This document shows positions 49,455 to 61,700 of a DNA stretch of 64,000 nt, piece by piece (the stretch's first letter is position 1; every line of letters starts with the position of its first letter). This DNA comes from Somniosus microcephalus (lineage: Eukaryota): the NCBI GenBank assembly GCA_052327205.1, contig CM126219.1, forward strand, positions 51,398,001 to 51,462,000, in the 5' to 3' direction. Made by a program: the position numbers and the translations under genes. The notes beneath the pieces were generated by a model, which was not told the DNA's origin, ran no database searches, and was given only the letters and a program-made list of their open reading frames with translations.

Positions 49455-50088
49455 ATGGAGGCAAATGCCATTTCGTTGAAGCTGCCGCAGTTCTGGGAGC
49501 AACAAGCGACCTCGTGGTTCATCCAAGTTGAAGCCCAGTTCGCCCTGAGAGGCATCGTTGAGGATCAGACCCGATACTTATATGTGGTCTCCGCACTCGA
49601 CGGCTCTACTACCTCGCGGATAGTCAGTCTTCTCGAGAACCCCCCAGCAGACCGCAAGTATGAAACCCTCAAGGCGCGGTTGCTACAGGTTTTCGGGCTC
49701 ACGAAATCAGAGCGCGCCCGGGATCGGGGACTCCAAACCTTCCGAGCTGATGAGCCAAATGCTCACACTCCTCGGCTCCGAACCGGAATGCTTTCTCTTC
49801 AGAGAGTTATTCCTCAGCAAATTACCAGAGCAAGTGCAAGCGGCCTTGGCGAGATCCGAGGTCGAAGACTGCGCAGGGCTCGCTGCCGAGGCAGACAAAA
49901 TATTCGCAGTTATGCAACAGTATTGCGCTGCCACGAGACGCCCATCCCCCACAGACGCCGCCCTAGCTCCTCAGCCCGCGGGGCTGTGCTTCTACCACGT
50001 GCGGTTTGGCGCGAAGGCGAGATTTTGCCGCCCTCCCTGCAGCTTCTCTCAAAAAAAAACAACTCCGTCCAATGAAGAACGGGTCTAA
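49455..50088 (+). pseudogene. gag: gag (frameshifted)
   Basis: LKLPQFW...WFIQVEAQF, GDSKPSELM and CFYHVRFGAKARFCRPPC motifs. Confidence 0.9.
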
Positions 50089-50089
50089 C

Positions 50090-53000
50090 GGGTGCCCCGT
50101 GGCCGCGATGGCAATCGGCAATGCAGGCAAGCTGCTCTTCATCACAGATACCCTCGCCGGCCATCGGTTCCTGTGCGATACCGGAGTGCAGTGCAGCATT
50201 CTACCTGCGTCAGCTCTTGATGTACAGGCTGGGAGGCATGGCCTCCCCCTTGAAGCGGCTAATGGCGGAGCTATTCGGACCTTCGGCAGACAGCGGGTCC
50301 AGGTGTGCTTCGGCGGCCAGCGGTTTTTCTGGGAATTCGTTACGGCCAAGGTTTCGCAAGCCATTCTCGGCGCAGATTTCCTGTGTGCCAACGGCCTCCT
50401 GGTCGATGTAAGGAACCGACGGCTGATCAGCGCGGCCACGTTTCACTCTATCGCTTGCCACCGTAGTAACACCATGTCACGCACCGTCTCCTGCACTTTC
50501 CCAACTCCGAATGAGTTCGCTCGCCTGCTAGGCGAATTTCCAGACCTGACCAGGCCCACATTCTCCTCCACGGCCATGAAGCATGGTGCACTACCGGCCC
50601 CCCGGTCCACGCGCGGGCCCGGTGCCTCGAACCTGGCAAGCTAGCGGTCGCGAAGGCGGAGTTCGCAACAATGGAACGCTTAGGGATTATTCGCAGGTCG
50701 AATAGTCCCTGGTCTTCACCTTTTCACATTGTACCGAAACCTGGCGGCGGATGGCGGCCCTGCGGCGATTATCGGCGCCTAAACGACGCCACCACTCCTG
50801 ATCGGTACCCGATCCCCCACATCCAGGCCATTTGGCAGGAAACACCGTTTTTTCCAAGGTTGACCTTGTCCGAGGCTACCACCAGGTCCCGGTACACCCG
50901 CAAGATGTCCAGAAGACCGCAGTCATCACCCCTTTCGGTCTCTTCGAATTTTTAAGGATGCCGTTTGGGTTGAAGAACGCCGCCCAGGCTTTCCAGCGCT
51001 TCATGGACTCCGTGCTGCGGGACCTCAAGTTCCTTTTCATCTACTTAGACGATATCCTCATTGCCAGTCCTAATAAGGAGGAACACATCTCTTACCTTCG
51101 CACCCTCTTTCGACGCCTCAGCCAACACGGCCTGATTATCAACCCAGCCAAGTGTCAGTTTGGTCTGCACCAAATTGATTTCCTGGGATATCGCATTACC
51201 TCAGAGGGAGCGGTTCCTTTGCAAGTGAAGGTAGAGGCGGTGACATCCTTTCCACGCCCGCAGAACATAAAGGCCCTGCAGGAGTTCCTCGGGATGGTAA
51301 AATTTTACCACCGTTTCGTGCCTAAGGCAGCACTGCTCATGCAGCCCCTGTACGAGGCCCTCAAGGGCAAGTCTGGCAAGGATCCAGTGGGCTGGATGGT
51401 TGACATGGACCGGGCATTCACCGACACCAAGAGCTCCTTAACCAACGCGGCCATGCTGGCGCACCCGCTACCAGGAGCCACCATCGCCCTCACCACCGAT
51501 GCGTCAGATTACGCAATCGGCGCCGTTCAGGAGCAGTGGGTGAACGGGACGTGGCAGCTGTTGGCATTCTTCAGCCGTCAACTGCGGCGTAACGAACGGG
51601 CGTACAGTACTTTCGACAGGGAGTTACTAGCCCTTTTTCTGGCCATCCGCCATTTCCGGTTCTTGTTGGAAGGACATCCTTTCACCGCTTTCGTCGACCA
51701 TAAGCCACTGACTTTTGCATTGGCCAAGACCACCGAACCGTGGTCATCTCGACAACAATGTCAGCTGACATACATCTCCGAATTTACCACAGATATTCAG
51801 CACGTGGCCGGTAAAGACAACCTGGTGGTAGATTGCCTCTCCCACGCGACCGTGCATGCGGTCCAGCTGGGCATCGACTACGCCCTCATGGCAGCAGACC
51901 AAGTCTCAGACCCAGAGGTGCAGGCTTACCGCACCAATGCCACTAGCCTCCAGTTGGCCGACGTCAGGTTCCATTCGGCTGGTACCACGTTGCTGTGTGA
52001 CGTCTCCGTTCGGAACCCTCGCCCTATTGTGCCGGTCGCTTGGCGCCGCAAGGTGTTTGACGCCATACATGGGTTGTCACACCCAGGAATGAAGGCTTCT
52101 CAGAAGCTAATATCATCTAAGTTCGTTTGGTGGGGCAGGCATAAAGATGTCCACGACTGGGCCAACACCTGCGTGGTCTGCCAAAAGGCCAAGGTACAGT
52201 GCCACATCAAGGCTCCATTGGCCACCTTTGCAGTTCCTGAGCGACGGTTTGACCACGTTAATGTGGACCTGGTAGGACCACTTCCACCTTCCCATGGTTT
52301 TACGCACATCCTGACCATAGTAGATCGCACCACCAGATGGCCGGAGGTGGTTCCCCTGTCATCTACTACTTTGGCGGATGTGGCCAGGGCATTCATCTCT
52401 TCATGGGTCGCCCGTTTTGGAGTGCCTGCTGACATCTCTTTGGACCAGGGACCGCAGTTTTCCTCCGAACTTTGGAATGCGGTGGCTCAACGACTCGGTG
52501 TCAAGTTACACCGCACCACAGCCTACCACCCACAAGCGAACTGTCTGTGCGAACGTTTTCACAGATCGCTTAAGGCCGCACTGAGGGCCAGCCTCCAAGA
52601 CGCTGGATGGGCATACAAGCTGCCGTGGGTCATGTTGGGCCTTCGCATGGCCCCCAAGGAAGATCTTCACTCTTCTGCGGCAGAGCTCGTTTATGGTCAG
52701 CCGCTGCGAGTGCCAGGGGATTTCCTGCCAACACCAACGGAGCCATGGTCCGCCTCACGCCAGCTTATCAGTCACCAGGAAGCAGCCAGATGTTTCGCAC
52801 CGGTTCCCACATTGCATCACAGGTTTCAGGGCTCTCATGTTCCAGCGGAGCTGAAACAAGCCGACTACGTGTTCATCCACCACGATGCTCACCGGGATCC
52901 ACTCAAGGCCCCATACACTGGTCCTTTCTGCGTGTTAGTGGCAGGAGACAAAACCTTCAAGGTGGATGTCGGTGGTAAACCGGACCACATTTCGGTCGAC

Positions 53001-53227
53001 CGTTTGAAGCCAGCACACCTGGACCTTGACCGTCCCGTCGAGACCGCACAGCCACCGAGACAGGGTCGGCCGCCCACCGTCGTCACGCCAGAACAAGTGC
53101 AACCACCCGCCAGACCGCCCGCCGTCCAACAGCTTCCGCTTCGGGAATACAGGAGTCGTTCTGACAGGCTTGTCAGACCCCCTCACCGTTTGACTTTTTC
53201 TGTTAAAGACAATTCTGGGGGGGTGCA
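50090..53227 (+). pseudogene. pol: pol (PR-RT-RNaseH-IN) with frameshifts
   Basis: [29 protein letters not shown] zinc motif, DLVGP...DQG...ERFH and PYTGPF. Confidence 0.93.
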
Positions 53228-54054
53228 TGTGGCAGAGCCACTGAGGGACTCTGAACAACTGTATATAATTCCCTTTAATTATGTGTTAGCTACAGACTAA
53301 ATCTGTACCATTGTATATACTGTTTGCATGTACAGTGTGCGGTCCCTTTAAGAGCGCGGGCAAACGCGATGACGTCATGCCGCTAATCACGTGATCACCC
53401 AAACGCGGGAAAAACGTGATGACGTCATGACGCCATCCACGGGACCGCCCGGCAGTCCTCGTGCAGCCTCCGACCTGTTAAGACCTGTATTCATAGTTCT
53501 CTTGCATCAATCTGTTTAAACTCGTTAGTTTGACATTAAAAACCTTTTTGATTGATTGTCTGCGTCGAACTTAATCTCTAGATAGGAATTTGACCATTCC
53601 TACAATATCACTATAAAATGGACAGATTGTTTAGACAACATCTTGGGAAATGGTCTTTGGAAAGAGAACACCTAAAGATAAAAGGCACTTTGATATGCAC
53701 AAAGCGAGTGGGATCAACAAGGTCATAAAACATGTACTAGGTATCAGATAGCTGGTTGCAGTCACGTAGGCAAAAGAAAGGAAAGTGTATAAAGATACAG
53801 ATATTGAACACTGAAGGCAGCGTGAACCAAGTAATCAGAGTTGAAGGAGCTTCAGTCGACAGAACACAGCAAGAAACCAGAGAAGCGAGCTTCAGTTAAG
53901 AGAAAACAGCAAGAAAATAAAGAGACCACGCCACAGTCGCTCGGAAGGAATGCTGAGGCTCAAATGAACAAGACTGTGACTATCTCCTTGTTAAGTATTA
54001 CTTCTTTGTACTGGATATTTAATGCTTAATAAACCTGTTTTACTGATACACAAT

Positions 54055-54822
54055 GGCCCAGAAATTCGGGTCGGGGGCTTCCCGCGGGTGCAAGCCCCCA
54101 ATCTGCACTTACCTAGCGCGCTGGCCGTTGAGCTGTGGGCCCCATGGAATTCCAATCCGGGGCCTGGTCCAGCTGCCGGCGCGCAGTGCTTGCGTATCCC
54201 AGGGGCGCAGTTAGTTTGATGCATCCCCTGGGATCACGTGGGCCACGGGGAGCCAATCGGAGCAGGGAATGCTCCATTCATAAGTCTGACAGGAAGTGCT
54301 GTCAAGACTTAGAAATACTACGGCCCCAAAACAGCACTAAATCTTCAAATAATTTTTTTTTTTAAATCACATTTTTTAAATAAACTATAAATTACACGAA
54401 ATAACTATTTTAAACAATAATTTAAATTTTTGAAAATAATAAATTTATTTTCTAACGGGGCTAAAAATAAACTTACCTTGCTTCAAAATATTAAAAAATA
54501 ATAAACCTGTGGAAAAAATGTTTTAATTTTAATTAATTCACCACTTACCTTGTAAAAAGCAGGCCTTACGCCTGCTTTTTACATTTCTAACTTCTGCAGG
54601 CTTACCCTCCCGGGAAAACCTGTAAAAAAAAAAAACTGAAGTTCGACGCGCACGCACAGCCTCTCCTGCGCACGCGTTCGACCTCTGAACCACTTCGTTC
54701 AGTGGAACGGAAGTGCCGGTTTCCCACGCATGCGCAGTGTATGCAGGAAACCGGCACTTCCATTGGGCCTACGGGTGAGTACCCCGTGCGTACTCACCCG
54801 TGGAGATCCGAATTTCTGGGCC
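54055..54822 (-). mobile_element. MITE family A copy, inverted
   Basis: Reverse complement of 14164-14934 with high identity; TIR GGCCCAGAAATTCGG. Confidence 0.9.
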
Positions 54823-55055
54823 ATTATACCTGTACCTGTTGCGTTTGCAAAGATAATCCAGAGACCGTAAGCAGAGTTCAGTTCATGTTGCTTCTTTAAT
54901 GGCTCCCACACACACACACTTCCAGGCAAAAGCAATCGAATACCTATACACAATACAATGATAACAGCACTATCAAACTCCATGTGCTCAGGCCAAGGCA
55001 ATCAAGTACCTAGCACCAATGTCAGACATAACATTTCCTCCCCCCTCACAGGATT

Positions 55056-58000
55056 TCAAACATGAAATGTAGTGACAAAGTCCTGTAGGTGGCCATGGCG
55101 AGAACGTGTACGAACAGGCCGAGGTGTGGACTGGTGAAGTGCAGGCCGAAGTGGGGACTGCTGAGGAGCAGGCTGAGGCACAACATCTGTTTGGGGGTTG
55201 GCTGGCTGAGTCACATGTGCATCCCGCCACTCTGGGGGTAAAGCTTGGGGGTTAGGTTCGTATAATCCCGCATCAGGGGGTGCTGGCACCTTCCGAAGGC
55301 AGCTGGCATGCCACCGAGAGCCGTCAGTGAGGCAGAAAGTGGCTGGTCCAAGTTGGTGGCTGATTTGGAGAGGGGAGGACCAGGATGATGCCATCTTATT
55401 GTTGCGGTGAGGCCTGCGGACTCTGACCCAATTGGAGACTGAGATGTTGGGCGCCTTGGCCCTCTTCGACTGGTCGAAGCGGAGTTTCATCTTCTCCTGC
55501 TGTCTAGCAACTGTGGCTTGAGCCGGTGGAGCAGGGCTCTGAGCTAGCGAGGGGCGGAGCCTGCCAAGGGGCAGCATGAGCTCACGGCCTAGCATGAGGG
55601 ATGCGGATGAGACCCCTGTAGTGGAATGCTGGGAGGCTCTGGAATGCAGCAGTGTGTGGAGGAGGGCCTTGTCAAATGCACACCCCTGGGATAGGTGTGC
55701 TCTGAGGCCATTTTTCAGTGTCTGGTTAAAACGCTCCACCCCCCCATTTGATTCGGGGTGGTAGTACGCTGTGCGAATGTGACGGATGCCCTTGCTCTCA
55801 AGGTAAGAGGAGAGTTCCGAAGAGACCATTTGGGGGCCATTGTCTGTGGTGATGGCCTTTGGATACCCCCAGCGGGAGAAGAGGGACTCAAGGATATCAA
55901 TGATGACCCGAGAGGTGACGGAGCCCACGGCAGTGACCTCTGGCCATTTTGAGTGCAGGTCATAGGTCACCACTAGGAACCGTTGATGGTGAGGGACACC
56001 ATGGATCTCCCCGCAGACGTCCAGCTGCAGGTGCTCCCAGGGCTGAGAGGGCCAGGCAAGGGGTTGCAGGGGTGGGGGAGCCAGTCTTGCCACTTACAAG
56101 GCAGGCTGCACAGTCCTTGACCAGGGCCTCGATTTCCCTGTCGATACCCGGCCACCACACTAGGTCTCGGCATCATTGTTTGAGCTTCACTATGCCCAAG
56201 TGGCCCTCATGCGCCATGGATAAAACACGCGCACGAAGGGCACTTGGGACCACAGTGCAGAGCCCACGTGCAACACAGGAGTCATTCCAGCAGGAGAGCT
56301 CCTCTTTAACTCTGGAGTAGGCAGACAGTTCCTCAGGCACCTTGCGAGGCCAGCCATCTCTGATGATGGTGCACAGCTGGGAGAGGGCCGGATCCTGTTC
56401 AGAGGCTTCTTTGAGCTCCTGGAGAGAGACTGTGGTTTGGAGAGGCGTGTGCAGCATCTGGACGATATCCTGTTCCACATGTTCAGACCCGACGAGTGGG
56501 GCTGGGGCAGAGACAGTGCGGGAGAGCAGATCTGCAACAACATTGTCACGTCCTGGTGTGAACTGGAGACTGAAATTGTATTGGCGGAGGTGGTCAGACC
56601 AGCGGTGTAGACGCAGTGGTCTGTGGCCCGTGCCGGATGTCGACAGCAGGGCAGTGAGAGCCTGGTGATCGGTTCGCAGGGTGAAGGCATGGCCATACGT
56701 GTACAGGTGCCACCGCTCACATGCCCAGACGCACGCCAGCGCCTCACGCTCGCCTACTGAGTACTTCTGTTCGGTGGGGCTAAGGGCTCGTGAGGCAAAG
56801 GCGATTGGTTTCTCCACTCCATTCTGTATCTGCGATAACACCACCCCCACAGCTGCAGCGGACGCGTCGCAGGTGACGAGGGTGGGGCTGGCGACGTCAA
56901 AGTGAGTCAACACTGGAGGCGACGTGAGCTGCGATTTGAGGAGGCGAACAGCTTCTGTACAGGCTTGTGACCACACCCAGGGCTCATCCTTTTGCAGGAG
57001 CTGGCGCAGTGGAGCTGTGGTGGCTGAGTACTGGGGCAAAAACTTCAGGTAGTACCCAGTCATGCAAAGGAAGGAGGCAACCTGTGCTGCAGAGCTGGGT
57101 TCTGGGATGCTGTGAATGGCATCCACGTTTGACTGGAGTGGGGATATACCGTCAGCCGACAACCGAAACCACACATATTCGATCTCTGAAACAGCAAAGA
57201 CACACTTTTCACCATTCAGTGTGAGCTTGTGTTTTGCTAGAGCTGTGAAAACTCTGTGAAGGCATTCGTCATGAGTGGAGGTCGAGGGCCCATGCACGAC
57301 GATGTCATCCAGGTAGATGGCCACCCCAGGAATGCCCGCGAGCACAGAGGACATCACCTTTTGGAAGCAGCTGGGTGCAGAGCTAAGTCCAAGTGGCATC
57401 CTGGTGTACCGAAAGACGCCAGCATGTGTCACAAAAGCAGTGAGTTCCCTGCTGCTGGGGTGGAGGGGAACCTGTAGATAGCCCTGTCGAAGGTCCAGTT
57501 TTGAGAACAGGATGGAACCATAGAACTGCGCTGTGAATTCCTCTGACGTGGGCAGTGGATACTTGTCAGGGATTACGGCCTTATTCACTGCTCGAAGATC
57601 GACACAGACGCGTAGACCACCTGACTTTTTTGTTGCGACCACCAAGTTGGAGACCCATGGGGAGGCATCAACTTGTTTGATGATGCCGGCTTCCAGTAGC
57701 TGCTTTAGTTCAGCTGTGACCCCGTCACGGAGAGCAAGCGGGATGCGGCGCAGTGGCTGAATGACAGGGGTAATGGTGGAGTCAACCATGGGCTGGTGGG
57801 TGAAGGCAGTCAGGCAGCCCAGACCCTCGAAGAGTGCTGGCCATGTTTGGCGCCACGGTGAGGCGATGTGCAGAATCGCAGACCCGCCGGTGTCCAAGAG
57901 AGAAAAACCCAGGTCAGTGAAAAGATCCAGTCCCATCAGGTTAGCTCCTTGGCGTGCCACATGAAAACAAAAATCTGGCAAAACTTTTGTTCCATAGCGT

Positions 58001-58714
58001 ACAGTGAGGTTGACTGAGCCCACTAGTCCAATTTTCAAATTACCATACCCGCAAAGGGTAGTGGAGGGCGCAGAGAGTGGCAGGGAGCTGAAAAAGCGTT
58101 TGAATGTGTCCACATTCAGCAGTGAGACGCTGACACCGGTATCCAACAACAGCGGGATGCATACATCATTCAGGTTAATTGTGCATGACTTGAAAGCCAC
58201 TACTGGCCCAGAGCTCACGTTGTGAATTATAGTGCTTGAGGACTGAGAGTGTTCATTTGTAGCAACCGGGGCAGAGCGGCAGACATTGGCAAAGTGATTT
58301 TGTTTTCCACAATTGCGACAGGCTTGGCCGCGCGCGGGGCAATTCTGCGCTCTGGTAGCATGTGAACGAGATCTGCAGTTTCCACACTGTTGCCGCGGTA
58401 GCGCGCGTTGCTACCGTCGCGCGAGCATTACCGTGTCAGAGCTGTCGGGCCAAGGGTGCTGTCACTGGGTGTGTGTGCTAGTTTTGCTGCACATTCGGCT
58501 GCAGACTCCAATTGAAAGGCAATGTTGACTGCCTGTGACAACGGCAGATCGTCGGACTCGAGTAATAGTCTTTCAGGCACTCTCAAATTGTTTGTGTCCT
58601 CTATTAGTTGATCACGCACCATCTTATCTTGTAGTGCACCGAACTTGCATGAGCTAGCTAACCCCCTCAAATTAGCCACGTGTTGATGCACCGACTCGCC
58701 GAGGAGTTGGTGAC
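55056..58714 (-). pseudogene. pol: gag(3' part)-pol of the outer element (gag 5' part at 63557-63865)
   Basis: LLDTG, RVCVDLR, YLDD, CDAS, HEGHLG, TDNG...VERFN; RRFIFRQRH|QLLGESV rejoins across the insertion. Confidence 0.93.
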
Positions 58715-61700
58715 TGTTATGCCCGTGTATAATCAGACACAGACTGCGGAGAACGGTACAAACAGTGTTTACTCAACGTGGCTCAAACTGCAACTGATCT
58801 GTACAGATTACTACTCAACGTTATATACAGGTGTGGTCACTGCCGGTACTACAGTATACATGAGCTGTAAAAATTAGTTACCCCCCTTAAAGGTACATAC
58901 ATTACAATTCCTCCCCTTTTAGATTAACAGTACCATAACACTCATTTAACAATTAAATATCAAACTAATTACAATTAACACTTTTAACATGCAACATTAG
59001 CTGAAAATAGTCTATTTATAAATTCAGTCTTTGGGGAGGCTTCCTGATCCTTTCTGGATAGCGCCTTTCCCGAGTGTCTTGCTCTTGGTGCGGAGGCGAT
59101 TCTGGCCCCCTGTCGTCGGTTGGTTCATCAGCTTCCGATGCTACTGTTTCTGGGGTAGATGCTACCTGTACGTCGAGTTCATCACCAGGTACGTATGGGC
59201 AAGGCATGGGGTTGACTTGTTCCTGTGACTCTAGGATCTGGTCAGCATGGCGTCTCACGATGCTCTCCCCAACGTCCACTGTGTACATTAGTGGGCCCTG
59301 CCGTGTGCATATCGTTCCTGGCTGCCATTTTTCTGTTCGGTAGTTGCGGGCCAAGACTGGTTGCCCTACATTGAAGCTCCTTGTTGGCTTCTCATGGATG
59401 TGCTGGAATTGCTTACTCTCAACATCTCTTCGTACGTTTGATCTGAGCAAATCCAGGCGAGATCTTAACCTTCGGTTAAAGAACATCATGGCTGGGGCCT
59501 GGTTGGTGACTGCATGTGTCGCATTCCGGTAGGCGAACAGGAAATTGTCCACCTTGTGCTGCAGCGGAATGTTGTCATTGTACATAGCCTTTATTGCCTT
59601 CTTAAAGGTTTGTACGAACCTCTCAGCCAATCCATTTGTGGCTGGATGATACGGGGCGGATGTGTAATGCCTTACCCCATTCTTTTTCAAGAACCTCCAG
59701 AACTCTTCGGACACGAACTGTGGTCCGTTGTCGGAGCAAATCTGTTCTGGCAAGCCATTCCTGGCAAAAATGGCCCGTAGGACTGCAATAGTTTTCTCCG
59801 TGGTGGTGGAGGACATTTTGATGACCTCAGGCCATTTCGAGTGCGCATCCACGGCTATTAAAAACATTGAGTCCATGAATGGACCAGCAAAATCAATATG
59901 CACCCGTTGCCATGGAGATGAGGGCTACTCCCATGGGTGTAGAGGGGCCTGTGGTGGTGCATTTTGGACTTTCTGGCATCCTGAGCAGCTCTTGGTCAGG
60001 TTCTCGATTTGTTTACCGATTCCCGGCCACCACACATAAGCCCTGGCTAGGCTTTTCATTTTTACCCCTCCCAGATGACCCTCATGAAGCTCATTGAGCA
60101 TTCTATCCCTTAACTTGGGTCGAATTACCACGCGGGATCCACACATCAAGGTCCCCCAGCACACTGACAGCTGTTCTCTCCTTGTCGAGAATGCTTGCAA
60201 CAGTGAGTCGCCATGTGCTGGCCATCCCTTCACCTTCAAATCATATACCCGAGACAGTGTCGGGTCATTTTGGGTTTCCTTTTCAATACAAGCGTTAGTT
60301 ACCGGTCGGTTTTCAACTATAGTCGAATGGAATATTTCGACAGGATCCACTGCTGCTGCTTCCTCCACAGTAGGCAGTGGCAGGCGTGATAGCCCATCAG
60401 CATTTCCATGCTGTTTCGTGCCCTTATATTCAATCTCATAGCGGTGCGCCCCTAGAAGAAGTGACCATCTTTGTAGTCGTTGCGCAGTCATCACCGGAAC
60501 GCCCTTCTTCGGATTAAAAATGGAGACAAGAGGCTGGTGATCAGTCAGCAAGGTGAATTTCTGCCCGTGCAGATAGTGATTGAAGTTTTTCACTCCCCAC
60601 ACTAGGCTGAGGGCCTCCCTGTCAATCTGGGCGTAGTTACACTCGGCTGAGGTTAGTGATCATGACGCAAAGGCTATTGGCCTCCCTGAGCCGTCTGAGA
60701 ATTTGTGCGACAGCACCGCTCCAATGCCGTAGGGTGACGCATCACATGCCAACCGAATTGGTAATGCCGGGTTGTAATGGGCCAATACCTCTTTCGATGT
60801 GATTAGTGTTTTGCTCTTCTGGAAAGCTCGTCTACATTCATCACTCCACTTCCATGGCACCCCAGTTTGCAGTAGGGTGTTCAGTGGGTGTCGTATTGTA
60901 GACAAATTTGGCAAGAACTTATGGTAGTAGTTTACCAGCCCGAGGAACGACCTCAGTTGTGACACATTTTCCGGTGCTGGAGCCTTGACTACTGCTTCAA
61001 TCTTCTCTGGGACTTATGTAACCCCTCTTTATCGATAACGTGGCCACAATACGAGATCTGTTTTCTAAAAAGCTCGCATTTGGGGCGGTTAGCTCGGAGC
61101 CCATATTCCTGCAATCTAGTGAGCCCCTGCTCCAGGTTGGCAAGGTGATCACTGTCATTTTCGCCCATGACCAGGATATCGTCCAAATAACACTGGGTCC
61201 CTGGGATCCCTTGCAGGACTTGTTCCATTGCCCTCTGCCAAATAGCCGGAGCTGATGCTACCCCGAATACCAGCCGGTTGTATTGGTAGAGACCTTTATG
61301 GGTGTTGATTGTGAGGTATTTTTTTGATGCTTCTTCTACCTCCATTTGCAGATACGCCTGGGCCAGATCAATCTTAGTGAAGCGTTCCCCTCCAGATAGC
61401 GAGGCGAAAATATCTTCAATCCGCGGAAGTAGATATTGTACGGTGTGAAGGACCGGGTTCACTGTTACCTTAAAGTCCCCACAGATGCGAACCTTCCTTG
61501 GTTCCCCAGGCGCGTTGCTCAATGACTTTTTCTTCACAGGGATGATGGGTGTAGCCCACTCGCTCCAGTCTACCTTGGACAGTACACCTGAACGTTCCAG
61601 ACTCTCCAGCTCTGCTTTGACGGCTGGGCGGATCGCATAAGGTACCGGTCTGGCCTTAAAAAATTTTGGACTTGTGTTTTCTTCAATTTTAATCGTCGCT

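Larger units (their letters stand above)
49041..53604 (+). mobile_element. Full-length Ty3/Gypsy provirus, CsRn1-like clade, decayed
   Basis: LTRs 49041-49407 and 53228-53604 (TG...CA), PBS TGGTGACCCCGAC (tRNA-Trp) at 49409, G-run PPT, flanks ATAC/ATAT, CHCC Gag motif. Confidence 0.95.

Noticed and set aside
50040-50090. Programmed -1 frameshift at AAAAAAAAAC
   Set aside because: The gag and protease frames here are not in a -1 relationship and the copy is decayed, so the site cannot be called.
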